A stretch of 64,000 nucleotides of DNA, taken from the NCBI GenBank assembly GCA_048938385.1, contig JBHLMG010000008.1, forward strand, positions 36,084-100,083, in the 5' to 3' direction. The stretch is from Promethearchaeota archaeon (GTDB lineage: Archaea; Asgardarchaeota; Hermodarchaeia; Hermodarchaeales; Hermodarchaeaceae). Position numbers and translations under genes: made by a program. Below are positions 1 to 8,699 of this stretch, piece after piece; the first letter of the stretch is position 1; each line of letters opens with the position of its first letter. Under the pieces are notes generated by a model. That model worked only from the letters and a program-made list of their open reading frames with translations, ran no database searches and was not told where the DNA came from.

Positions 1-174
1 AGATAATTTGAAGGCTAGCTCAAGAGATGGGTTGTAAGTGCCTTTTTCAATGGCAATAATGGTTTGTCGACTCACATCCACCCGTTGGGCAAGCTCTTTT
101 TGGGTCCATCTAGAGGGCACTGAATTCATTTGCATATGATGTTCGCGCAGTTCTCGTATTCGATTTGTAATCAT
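1..174 (-). CDS. XRE/Cro-C1 family HTH transcriptional regulator (COG1476-like), runs off the window edge
   Basis: Not in the ORF track. Manual translation from ATG 174: [58 protein letters not shown], with the classic TQx[21 protein letters not shown] signature. Confidence 0.9.
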   Translation of the reverse strand, partial: MITNRIRELREHHMQMNSVPSRWTQKELAQRVDVSRQTIIAIEKGTYNPSLELAFKLS

Positions 175-196
175 GGCTTCCACAGCCGTTCACTAG

Positions 197-241
197 TGTT
201 AACTTTACTTTACATCCAGATAATGTAAAGTTTACTTGACA
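197..241. promoter_or_regulatory. Two tandem 18-bp pseudo-palindromic operators (TGTnAAG-N4-CTTnACA type) upstream of the XRE gene
   Basis: TGTTAACTTTACTTTACA (197-214) and TGTAAAGTTTACTTGACA (224-241), just upstream of the HTH start codon. Confidence 0.65.
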
Positions 242-363
242 TAAGAGTGTTCCGGTTGTTACCAATCATCCCACTCCAATTGAATTTCTATCCGTGTTGT
301 TATGAAGGGTAATATTTAAAAAGAAACTAAAATCGGCGGTGAACACTGAGGTGAACCTTCAAA

Positions 364-1059
364 ATGCGGGTATCGCATCAGTTTACACTAATCTTGACTG
401 TGTGCTTCTTATTACCTGTTCTTTGTTGGCAACCAGTACAATCAGCTGAAGGTTACTGGCGCCGAGTGGGTTACGAATACAGAGGTTTATATGAAACGCT
501 ACCCGGGTATTCCCAATGGATTTTCAACCACACGCGCGGCCCGTATGATCGTTGGATTATCAACCTGACCCTCAGTGGTCATGGTTTCGCTCCCACAACC
601 GTGCTTATCTGTGACTCAACAGGGTATGCCCTATGGCAAGCATCAGGCTCCACGAGTCAATGCCAACTCGTTGAATCCGTTAATGCTACCTTGGATGGTT
701 GCGTTAATCTAACACATTATAGTCGGTGGTATTTCATTCTGAACAATACAGGCTCTATACCACTCTATTTTACCTTAGATATCGCACACTATGAATGGTC
801 TGCTGAACCGATCCCGACGGTTCCTCTTGATGTATTTTCTAGTCTAAGCACACTTCTTGCGTATTTTCTAATTATCTGTATCATCATCGTAGTTATTTTT
901 CCGTGTTTATGTAATTGTGGACTCTTGGGTCGTAGAAGAAATCGAAAACGAAAAACCCTTGATTCAGATATACACTATCGTCACATCGCCTTCTTGAATG
1001 TCACACCAGCACAACTCAAATCCCGAAATTCGACTGACGATAATGAAACCCATTCGTAG
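364..1059 (+). CDS. Type I membrane protein (signal peptide, beta-rich possibly GOLD/p24-like ectodomain, TM helix, Cys-rich and basic tail)
   Basis: N-terminal hydrophobic signal, WYFILNNT strand motif, TM at about aa 160-180, then CLCNCG and RRRNRKRK. Confidence 0.7.
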   Translation: MRVSHQFTLILTVCFLLPVLCWQPVQSAEGYWRRVGYEYRGLYETLPGYSQWIFNHTRGPYDRWIINLTLSGHGFAPTTVLICDSTGYALWQASGSTSQCQLVESVNATLDGCVNLTHYSRWYFILNNTGSIPLYFTLDIAHYEWSAEPIPTVPLDVFSSLSTLLAYFLIICIIIVVIFPCLCNCGLLGRRRNRKRKTLDSDIHYRHIAFLNVTPAQLKSRNSTDDNETHS

Positions 1060-1181
1060 GTTGCCCTCTTGAGGGCTAGATCCCTAATTGGGGTTCGAAC
1101 GAAGTAAAACGCAACGAGCACCAATCCAGTTAAAAGCCTACATAGAAAATAAATACTCAAGGTACTACTGACCCTGAAGGA

Positions 1182-2336
1182 GTGCACCCCATATTGAGCA
1201 AGCCCACGTATATCTTTAAATGCCCCGTTGCAGGTGATGGCGCGGTCGGGAAAACCAGTCTCATTGTCCGATATACTCAAGGAACATTCACAGATACCTA
1301 CAAAATGACGATCGGTACTTCCTTTGCAGTGAAAACAGTCGATTTAGGAAATGTAATGGTGAAACTTCAGATATGGGACCTCGCGGGTCAACCACATTTT
1401 GGTGGTGTGCGGCCCCTCTTTTACCAGGGCTCAACAGGTGTGATCTATGTTTTTAGTGTGATTGATCGTGCTTCCTTTGACCATCTATCAGGATGGCTGG
1501 AAGAAGCGCGGAAGAACGCTGGCAATGTTCCTGGGATTTTGATTGGAAACAAATCCGATCTTTCAGATCAACGAATGGTGTCTCGTGAAGAAGCGGAAGA
1601 CTTTGCCGCACAAACAGGATTAGCCTATCTTGAAACGAGTGCAAAACTCGACGAAAATGTGGGTGATGCCTTTCGTCAGATTGCTGTAACCATTATTCGG
1701 TCCAAATGGCCCGAATGGATACCCCCCGGCGAAGAGGTTGCTCCAGTATATCCTACACCATCTGAACCACCAACTCCGGCACCTGAGGTAATAGAAGAGA
1801 GCGCTGTAGAACCCGAGCCTACTCCAATCACCATACCAACAGAACCTATATCCCCTCCTGAACCGGAACCAATACCCCTTCCTGAACCCAGTGATGCACT
1901 TACATCCGAGCCACCCACACCTTCTCCTTCCTCCCCACAACCTACGGTTGATGAATTGACCCAACCAATTGAACCACCTTCAAATGAGCTAGAAATACCT
2001 CCTGAACTGGTTCCTTCTGAACTTGAAGAATCAGTGACCCCTGAACCAATCCCTACGATTGCTTCCTCAGCTGAGCAAGAACCTCCTAGCGAAGTTGAAC
2101 CAGTAGCTGAAGATATTGTGATTACTAGTCGTACTGAATCTGCATTAGTAGAGTTTGTAGGCGTAAATGTGCATGCTCTACACGATGAGGATTTTAAGAA
2201 ACGCGCCCTTCATGCTATGCAGCGTTTAGGGGTCAGTGAATCTGGGATCTTTGGAACTTTTCTACAAGGCTTAATGCTGCAGGGTCAACGGGATGTGGTA
2301 ATTCAAAGCCTGGAAAGCTTACAAGAAGAACGCTGA
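1182..2336 (+). CDS. Rab-like small GTPase with a long Pro/Glu-rich linker and a C-terminal helical domain
   Basis: G1 GDGAVGKT, G2 YKMTIG, G3 WDLAGQ, G4 NKSD, G5 ETSAK; RabF-like IGTSF and KLQIW. Confidence 0.93.
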   Translation: MHPILSKPTYIFKCPVAGDGAVGKTSLIVRYTQGTFTDTYKMTIGTSFAVKTVDLGNVMVKLQIWDLAGQPHFGGVRPLFYQGSTGVIYVFSVIDRASFDHLSGWLEEARKNAGNVPGILIGNKSDLSDQRMVSREEAEDFAAQTGLAYLETSAKLDENVGDAFRQIAVTIIRSKWPEWIPPGEEVAPVYPTPSEPPTPAPEVIEESAVEPEPTPITIPTEPISPPEPEPIPLPEPSDALTSEPPTPSPSSPQPTVDELTQPIEPPSNELEIPPELVPSELEESVTPEPIPTIASSAEQEPPSEVEPVAEDIVITSRTESALVEFVGVNVHALHDEDFKKRALHAMQRLGVSESGIFGTFLQGLMLQGQRDVVIQSLESLQEER

Positions 2337-2371
2337 ACCTCATTACGCGTCTTTTTCGAGGATTAGAAGGT

Positions 2372-2785
2372 TTATCGCTTCTGTTGACGGGCTGCCATCC
2401 ACGCGATGAAAAGCAGTTGAGCAACAATGATCATGATGGGGTAGGAGATTGGATCAAAATAACCTACATCTGAGGTTACTAGAATTAACCCCACTTCATC
2501 GATAGCCAATCCAAGTCCGAGTCCGAAGAAAAGGGCGCTAAAAGCTTTTGCACGGCGACTTTCCCAGTACATCGCAATGAATCCACCAAAAGACATGAGG
2601 ATAAGACCCCAGAGGATATGGTGGAAGTGGTAAATGCTGGTTTCAATGCTAATACCTGGACTCAAGACCTCTGTCACCAGGCGGGATACTACAACTGCAA
2701 TCACATACCATACAAGAACAAGTCCTGTTACTTGAGCAATCGACAATTCTTTTATTTTTTTACTCAGATCCACTGTTGTGCTCAT
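2372..2785 (-). CDS. Small multi-pass membrane protein
   Basis: Four hydrophobic segments; HFHHILWG and GLGLGLAIDE motifs. Confidence 0.75.
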   Translation of the reverse strand: MSTTVDLSKKIKELSIAQVTGLVLVWYVIAVVVSRLVTEVLSPGISIETSIYHFHHILWGLILMSFGGFIAMYWESRRAKAFSALFFGLGLGLAIDEVGLILVTSDVGYFDPISYPIMIIVAQLLFIAWMAARQQKR

Positions 2786-2950
2786 TGGATCCGCTCCAAT
2801 GAATGAGAAAGGAATGATTACTGGTACAGTTGCCGGTTTGTATGATAAATAGCTTCGCTTCCTGAGTGGTGCTTTAACGATGCGGAGAGCATAGTTATTT
2901 AGGGGGGCTTCAACCTATGATAGCCCACGAATCCTCAGAGTAGGTAAATA

Positions 2951-3351
2951 GTGTTGTTTCTCACTCCGCAACTATTGGCTGATTTTATAGCCTTTGGCAT
3001 TGAAGTTGTGGTGGCCTTCGTTGCCTTCTTTTTGCAGGCCGCCTTTTAACTAGAGTAAATACCAAAATTACTGATGCCCTGTTTGTCGCATTACTGGGAT
3101 TAATTGCACAACTAGTAATCGACATCATAATGGGATACTACTTACCTCCCGGATTGAATCCACTTGTCGTTTTATCTTGGGATATTGTAGGATTACTCGC
3201 TACCTTCAGCATCTGGATGATTCTTGTTCAGCATTTCTTTGATACACTCTTTTTCCGTGGTCTCACAATCGTTATCTTTGCGATTATTCTAATCGCTATC
3301 ATTGACTTTGGAACTAGCTACCTTTTTCCTATATTATTTCCCGGACCATAA
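2951..3351 (+). pseudogene. Membrane protein split by a 1-nt frameshift in a T5 run (3029-3033)
   Basis: GTG 2951 reads MLFLTPQLLADFIAFGIEVVVAFVAFF and stops at 3047-3049. The -1 frame continues AGRLLTRVNTKITDALFVALLGLIAQLVIDII into ORF 3130-3351. Confidence 0.6.
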
Positions 3352-3360
3352 CACAGCGAA

Positions 3361-3564
3361 TTAACGCTTGTAAAGATATGGTCTCGAGGATTCTTCATGT
3401 GTGTAGCGACCTGAGCAAAACGAGGCGATAATGAAAGCAACGAGAAGTATGACTAAACCGATGGCGAAAGGAAAAATTACGGGGTTAATGATTATTAGGA
3501 TCCAAACAACAATAATTGCAATTAATACGAGGACGAGGGGGACTAAGATGTCAATAGTTCGCAT
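3361..3564 (-). CDS. Small 2-TM membrane protein
   Basis: Two strongly hydrophobic helices and a polar tail; AGGGAA upstream of the ATG. Confidence 0.55.
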   Translation of the reverse strand: MRTIDILVPLVLVLIAIIVVWILIIINPVIFPFAIGLVILLVAFIIASFCSGRYTHEESSRPYLYKR

Positions 3565-3705
3565 GTCAATTCCCTTTTTTCACATTTCAGATAATCTTTA
3601 CGAAATATTCAGACTTCAAAGCGTTGTCATATGAAATGTAGAGTTAAAAGGTGTAAGGGCATATAGAATAAGAATCCATTCACTGGATACGCAATCTTAA
3701 CGGAA

Positions 3706-4413
3706 GTGCCTAAGACAATGACAAAAACGCAGATGATGCCAATTCACACATCTTGGTTTCAAGGTCCTTTAGCCTATACTAACTCTGAGATGACCCAAGT
3801 CATATTTACTCCTACCAAAGCTTGTTTTGAACGCCTACTCCCTAAGCCCTTGGCACCTGGACTTCTGGCGGGCGCTTATCTTGCAAGATTCCGAAACTCT
3901 CCTTTTGGTGACTTCTGGGAGGCAGCCATAGTTTTTCAGTGCACATTTGGAGAGCATTATGGTGTTTTTTGTACTTCGATGTATACTGATAACATTCCAT
4001 CCTTGGTGGCCCATCGTGAGATCTGGGGCTTTCCTTCAAAACCAGCTAAAATCAAATACACCCGAAAAGAGAATCGCATTAAGGCACAAATCATCAGTAA
4101 CAAAGTGCCAATCATGAAATTTGATGTTACCCTTGAAGGACCTGGAGAATGGATTGACACCGGTGATACTATCAACCTCAAAGTTATCCCCAGTGTTGAT
4201 GGAAAAGGCACTGATGTGAAACATATTACCCGCGCAAAATTAGACTTCATAATCCATGAAGGGCAAGCAGGTGATGCAAAACTCATCTTTGGGCACACCC
4301 AAGAAGACCCCCTCGACGAACTCTACGAAATCGAGAATATCGTTGCAGGCACATGGTTCCGAATCGACTTGACGACAAACCTCGGTTCTATACTCACCGA
4401 AATCAAAGAATAA
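3706..4413 (+). CDS. Acetoacetate decarboxylase family protein
   Basis: REIWGFPSK (cf. GRE.WG.PKK), F.EA.I motif and INLKVIPSVDG typical of the ADC fold. Confidence 0.85.
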   Translation: MPKTMTKTQMMPIHTSWFQGPLAYTNSEMTQVIFTPTKACFERLLPKPLAPGLLAGAYLARFRNSPFGDFWEAAIVFQCTFGEHYGVFCTSMYTDNIPSLVAHREIWGFPSKPAKIKYTRKENRIKAQIISNKVPIMKFDVTLEGPGEWIDTGDTINLKVIPSVDGKGTDVKHITRAKLDFIIHEGQAGDAKLIFGHTQEDPLDELYEIENIVAGTWFRIDLTTNLGSILTEIKE

Positions 4414-4560
4414 TCCCTACGATTCGTATTCCCCCAGTATTAACCAACTAGATTGTGGTCCCAATCATTTTGTATCTTTGAATGGGGAGCTTTTAGGATT
4501 GAAAACACGAATAGCATACAATCAACATATGATGCTGATCCCTTCACAGAAAACCTAAAA

Positions 4561-4643
4561 CGCTCATGAGCGGTGTGCAAGAAAGCGGTTGTCCTGAACG
4601 GCTAGTTGGGTACTTTCTTGCATGTCAGGTTGAGTCCTTTATA
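4561..4643 (+). promoter_or_regulatory. Palindrome, inverted repeat and TATA box upstream of the PolB2-partner gene
   Basis: Perfect palindrome CGCTCATGAGCG (4561-4572); inverted repeat TGCAAGAAAG (4576-4585) / CTTTCTTGCA (4613-4622); TTTATA at 4638-4643. Confidence 0.45.
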
Positions 4644-4667
4644 GCATGATGTGCATTTCAGCTAGCG

Positions 4668-4994
4668 GTGAGTCTTTTGGGGCGTACTGTACCCACTTAT
4701 CGCTTGCAATTGGAAAAGGAACGTCGTTGCTGGGGTATGTTCCGTACAGCGCTTCGTGCCGATGAGCAGCCTGCCTTCGATAACCTCTTCACCTACGCTA
4801 GGACCTACGCTGATGCTGCAAGCGCGGTAGCCCGACCCTGCGCGTCGGAGGCTATTTTCATGTCGATGATTCTGGGGCTCTACCAAGAAGTGCAACGGCT
4901 TCGTTTAGCCCTAGCCACCGTTGCTGGTGCTGTTAGTCCTGTTGCGAACACCAACTATCACCGCTCCATTCGACAGGTCCAGGCAGGACCTTAA
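4668..4994 (+). CDS. PolB2-associated small helical protein (arCOG07300-like)
   Basis: GRTVPTYR..LE.E...W..FR.ALR...Q.AFD.LF..AR..A.AAS...RP...E..FMSM.L matches the protein usually encoded with archaeal polB2. Confidence 0.8.
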   Translation: MSLLGRTVPTYRLQLEKERRCWGMFRTALRADEQPAFDNLFTYARTYADAASAVARPCASEAIFMSMILGLYQEVQRLRLALATVAGAVSPVANTNYHRSIRQVQAGP

Positions 4995-5057
4995 TCTGCT
5001 TGCCTGAATCGGTTAAGTTTTTAGTAGTAACATTGGGAGGTTGCCTGAATTGAGGCG

Positions 5058-6257
5058 TTGCCCTTGACTCCCAAACATTGGACCTTTTTTCTTTTGGTCG
5101 CTTTTGGTCTCTTCTCTTTAAGGCCTGAGGGTATCGCTGATTACACTCTCTTAGTTTCCCAAGTCCCTGATTATTGGCCTACCCAAGGTTGGCAAGTCTC
5201 ATCCCCTGAGTTACAGGGGATGAACCCAATAATTTTGCAGGAGATGCATGCCTTCATTGAAGACGGCAATTTCCCATTGGAGGCTCTTTTAGTGGTCCGG
5301 CATGGATATCTCATCTATGAGCATTATCCAAGTTCGTTCTACGATGAAGATGACCTGCACATCATCTATTCTTGCACTAAAAGCATCATATCGGCTTTGA
5401 CCGGTATCGCCTTGCAATACGGGTATCTAACAAGTATCAATCAGTTGGTAGTCGACATTTTCTCAGACCGAACTATCGCAAATTTGGATGCACGTAAGGA
5501 AGCCATCACAATAGAACATCTTCTAACTATGACGGCTGGTTTCGATTGGGATGATGATGTGAATTTCTTCGCAATGCAAAGTAGTGGAAACTGGGTTCAA
5601 TATGTGCTAGATTGTCCTATGAGAGCTAATCCAGGATCAGAATGGGAGTATAATTCGGGAGCGTCACATTTGTTATCTGCAATGATTAATGAGAATTCGC
5701 TAACTGGTACGATGACCTTTGCAGAAATGAATCTCTTTGATCCCTTAGGCATCACCGATTACCTCTGGTTGACAGATGATCAAAATGTACCCTTTGGTGG
5801 CAGTTCTCTATTTCTTACACCACGGGATATGGCTAAGTTCGGATTTCTTTACCTCCAGAATGGAAACTGGGCAGGTGAACAGGTTGTTCCTGAAAGCTGG
5901 GTGGAGGCTTCCACGATACCCCAGATATCTTTAGGGGGAAATACCGGCTATGGGTATCAATGGTGGACGAACGGGCAATTAGAATCCTTTGAAGCTCGTG
6001 GTTATGCAGGGCAGTACATCATTGTGATTCCCGAGCACGATATGGTAATCGTATTTACTGCAAATGATTTAGGATTTCAGGTTCCTGTAGGGACATTGAT
6101 TTATGATTACATACTTGCTGCCATTCAAGAACTACCAATAGGTCTATTTGAACTCATTCCCTGGCCAGTGCTAGTTATTCTTGGCGTGGCAATAATAGGG
6201 CCCACAATTGTTGGCGTTGGGTATTGGTTCCTTCGACGCCGAAGGCAATCGATTTAA
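5058..6257 (+). CDS. Serine hydrolase, beta-lactamase/AmpC-like family, C-terminally membrane anchored
   Basis: SxxK (YSCTKS), LLTMTAG, EYNSG, ARGYAGQ; signal peptide; C-terminal TM followed by RRRR. Confidence 0.9.
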   Translation: MPLTPKHWTFFLLVAFGLFSLRPEGIADYTLLVSQVPDYWPTQGWQVSSPELQGMNPIILQEMHAFIEDGNFPLEALLVVRHGYLIYEHYPSSFYDEDDLHIIYSCTKSIISALTGIALQYGYLTSINQLVVDIFSDRTIANLDARKEAITIEHLLTMTAGFDWDDDVNFFAMQSSGNWVQYVLDCPMRANPGSEWEYNSGASHLLSAMINENSLTGTMTFAEMNLFDPLGITDYLWLTDDQNVPFGGSSLFLTPRDMAKFGFLYLQNGNWAGEQVVPESWVEASTIPQISLGGNTGYGYQWWTNGQLESFEARGYAGQYIIVIPEHDMVIVFTANDLGFQVPVGTLIYDYILAAIQELPIGLFELIPWPVLVILGVAIIGPTIVGVGYWFLRRRRQSI

Positions 6258-6290
6258 TAAGACATTACTCCACACAACATTCCAGAAGGT

Positions 6291-6947
6291 TTGGTAGAAG
6301 TTGTGGCGCCCATGATACATGATGTCCTCATTGTCCATCGTCAAACTGAACTTCCTCTCTTTCATCATATTCCTGGCGAGAAGAGTAAGCTTGCAGAAAT
6401 GGGTATGGATGCACAATTATTCTCTCAGCTAGCGGTGACAATTGTTCGAGTTCTCCGCTCTGCTGGTGCGCTTGAACGGGTTCGACTATTACAGGCTAAA
6501 ATGGCATTCAATGTCTTTGAAAACCTTGTGTTCGCGATTCTAGCTTCCAATGACCATGATGAGTTCGAGCTAAACCATGCCCTAAATAGGTTCAGTTCTT
6601 TGTTCTTGCAATCCTATACTCCTGAGATTATTCAGCAATATAAAGACCAACTTCTCAGCTTCAATGGCTTCGATGTTCGAACCATTTTCCGAAGTGATCG
6701 TGTGGTAATAAGCGATACAGATACTTTGATGAAAAGTATGATACAACGCCTTGCGGATATGATTGCAGTTACAGGAAGACTGCAACAGGAAGCAAGTATG
6801 TTAGCTGAAAAACATAGCTTGGATGGCACGGTTATCATGAGCATAACTGCAATGCATCAGGAGCTAACAAATAAATTGGAGGCTTTTAAGTCACAAATGG
6901 ACCAGTTTCCAGCGCTATCTGGACCTCACTTCCCTGGATCGCACTGA
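6291..6947 (+). CDS. Longin-like domain protein with a C-terminal helical/coiled-coil region (probable start ATG 6312)
   Basis: MIHDVLIVH...LPLF, D.QLFS, LVFAILA, F...F...Y...F..FD pattern typical of Asgard longin-fold proteins. Confidence 0.65.
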   Translation: MVEVVAPMIHDVLIVHRQTELPLFHHIPGEKSKLAEMGMDAQLFSQLAVTIVRVLRSAGALERVRLLQAKMAFNVFENLVFAILASNDHDEFELNHALNRFSSLFLQSYTPEIIQQYKDQLLSFNGFDVRTIFRSDRVVISDTDTLMKSMIQRLADMIAVTGRLQQEASMLAEKHSLDGTVIMSITAMHQELTNKLEAFKSQMDQFPALSGPHFPGSH

Positions 6948-7031
6948 ATACCAAATCATCGTATTAGCATTGTTGCAATATTGTTCATGAGCTATTAGAT
7001 TAATAACTGGAATGGGTGTTATGTATCACAG

Positions 7032-7268
7032 GTGTTAGTGTTGCCCGTCGTTGTTTATGTGCTAATTCGGGTTGAAGCTGGAAAGGTATGGGATGTGGCC
7101 CAAGCCATTGGGAAGATTCCGGGAGTCAACCGATCTAATGTTGTTACTGGCCCATATGATGTGATTGCTTATGCAGTCTTACCTTCCACGGAGGATCTCC
7201 GGAAGTTAATGGAAGGGATTCATGGAGTTGATGGGGTTACGCGAACTGAAACATGCATCGCGATTTAA
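7032..7268 (+). CDS. Stand-alone Lrp/AsnC ligand-binding (RAM) domain protein
   Basis: YVLIRVEAG, VVTGPYDVIA, GVTRTETCI. Confidence 0.9.
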   Translation: MLVLPVVVYVLIRVEAGKVWDVAQAIGKIPGVNRSNVVTGPYDVIAYAVLPSTEDLRKLMEGIHGVDGVTRTETCIAI

Positions 7269-7281
7269 TGTTGCCTTGTGG

Positions 7282-8136
7282 CTAGTCCCGTTTATACTCT
7301 CTGCGAACCTTCTTTGGGATTAATTCACTAAATGCTTGAAATATTTGCTTTTTGGCGGGTTCCAAATCACCTATGATATTGATTTTATCGATGTTGATTT
7401 CACCTAACCCGCGAGCTTGAGCTTCTTGTAACACCGGCATCTTAGTTGTATCAAATCCCACCATATGTGCACCAACTGCTTCAACAGCAAAAGCGTCCTT
7501 GCCGACGATGAGGAGTTCTGGAGAGACGGTGATTCGTTTCTTCTCCCAGCCAAGAAAGACATGCGTTGCGTCTAAAACGGCAAGGTCAATACCGCCAACG
7601 GCTTCATACATGTCAAGAAGAGCTGTGGGTAGGTGGTCATGGAATCGGTGTTTGTTCATGTCAAGAATTAATCCTAGTAAGTTCTTGATGACGAATCCCA
7701 TGTTCATCAGATCTTCGAGTCCCGCCTTTTCATAGCGTCGAGGTACATGTGTGCTGATGAAGGTTATAGGGTCTAACAGGGTTTGGGCAAAGGGAACCTG
7801 TTCTCCGGCCACTTCAACCAGTTGTTTGTTCCTATCCCTTGATAGATTGAATGGAATTGCTTTGTCGGTATAACACTCATTCCAGACCTCTAATCGTTTT
7901 AAACCAGGTCCTGCTCCACTATCTGATTCAACGATCAGAATTTCTGAAGCCTGATCGAAGGCTGCAATGATGGAGTTTAGAGTTTTCACTGTGGAGCATA
8001 TACCTGTCTTGGGGTTGTAGATTCCAACTTTAATCACAACCCTTTGCTTCGGAGAGTTAAGGCCGTCTAGTCCACCTAAAGTTTCAATAGCCTGTGTGAA
8101 TGAATCACAGTTAACAACTACCACAGTGGGGTTCAT
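7282..8136 (-). CDS. DUF362 domain protein
   Basis: VVIKVG..NP, IVESD, IKNLLG, LAVLDA, GKDAFAVEAV..HMVG, GLGE motifs. Confidence 0.8.
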   Translation of the reverse strand: MNPTVVVVNCDSFTQAIETLGGLDGLNSPKQRVVIKVGIYNPKTGICSTVKTLNSIIAAFDQASEILIVESDSGAGPGLKRLEVWNECYTDKAIPFNLSRDRNKQLVEVAGEQVPFAQTLLDPITFISTHVPRRYEKAGLEDLMNMGFVIKNLLGLILDMNKHRFHDHLPTALLDMYEAVGGIDLAVLDATHVFLGWEKKRITVSPELLIVGKDAFAVEAVGAHMVGFDTTKMPVLQEAQARGLGEINIDKINIIGDLEPAKKQIFQAFSELIPKKVRREYKRD

Positions 8137-8699
8137 TGGAAACAGCTCATTCTTGTTTTAATTTCTTCTAACCCTTGTTTGAGTTCACAGTGGTGACATA
8201 GGGTCCCAAAGGGGATCAACCTCCATGAAAACAAGGGTAAATTTCTCGTTATGTGCGAATATTAAATCATTAAGTAATATTTATTTCTTATTGTATAAGA
8301 CTAATTGGGCGTTCTGAGGCCAGTAAGGAAAGAATAATCTGGTTACCAGACCATTGCTGTAAATCTCTTCCTTTAGCGGAGTTTGTAATAATCTTGCCCA
8401 TATACTCAAACTGGACACCTAACTATACCATTGACTCCAGGTATCTAACCGTGTCCTACGCTGAATTGACAGGTACCATTTACGCCTTCCTATGCAAGCA
8501 CTCAAACAATCTGAAAGGCTTGAGGCTTAGTGATCATTAGTGGTTGGGCAGGAGCAAAGAGGGTTTTAATGGTTCGAACCTAACTATGCATTTTGGAGGT
8601 GGTGTCGCATACAAATCCGATCAGGGGGTTTTTTCGTTCACCACTGTAGCGATAATAACAAAGACTGTTCCTGTCAGGTTATTCGTCTCTCTGTTACTG

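Noticed and set aside
8137-8699. Long intergenic region with short broken reading frames, and ORF 8544-8810
   Set aside because: May be a decayed gene, but no family is recognisable; the plus-strand ORF overlaps the oxidoreductase 3' end.
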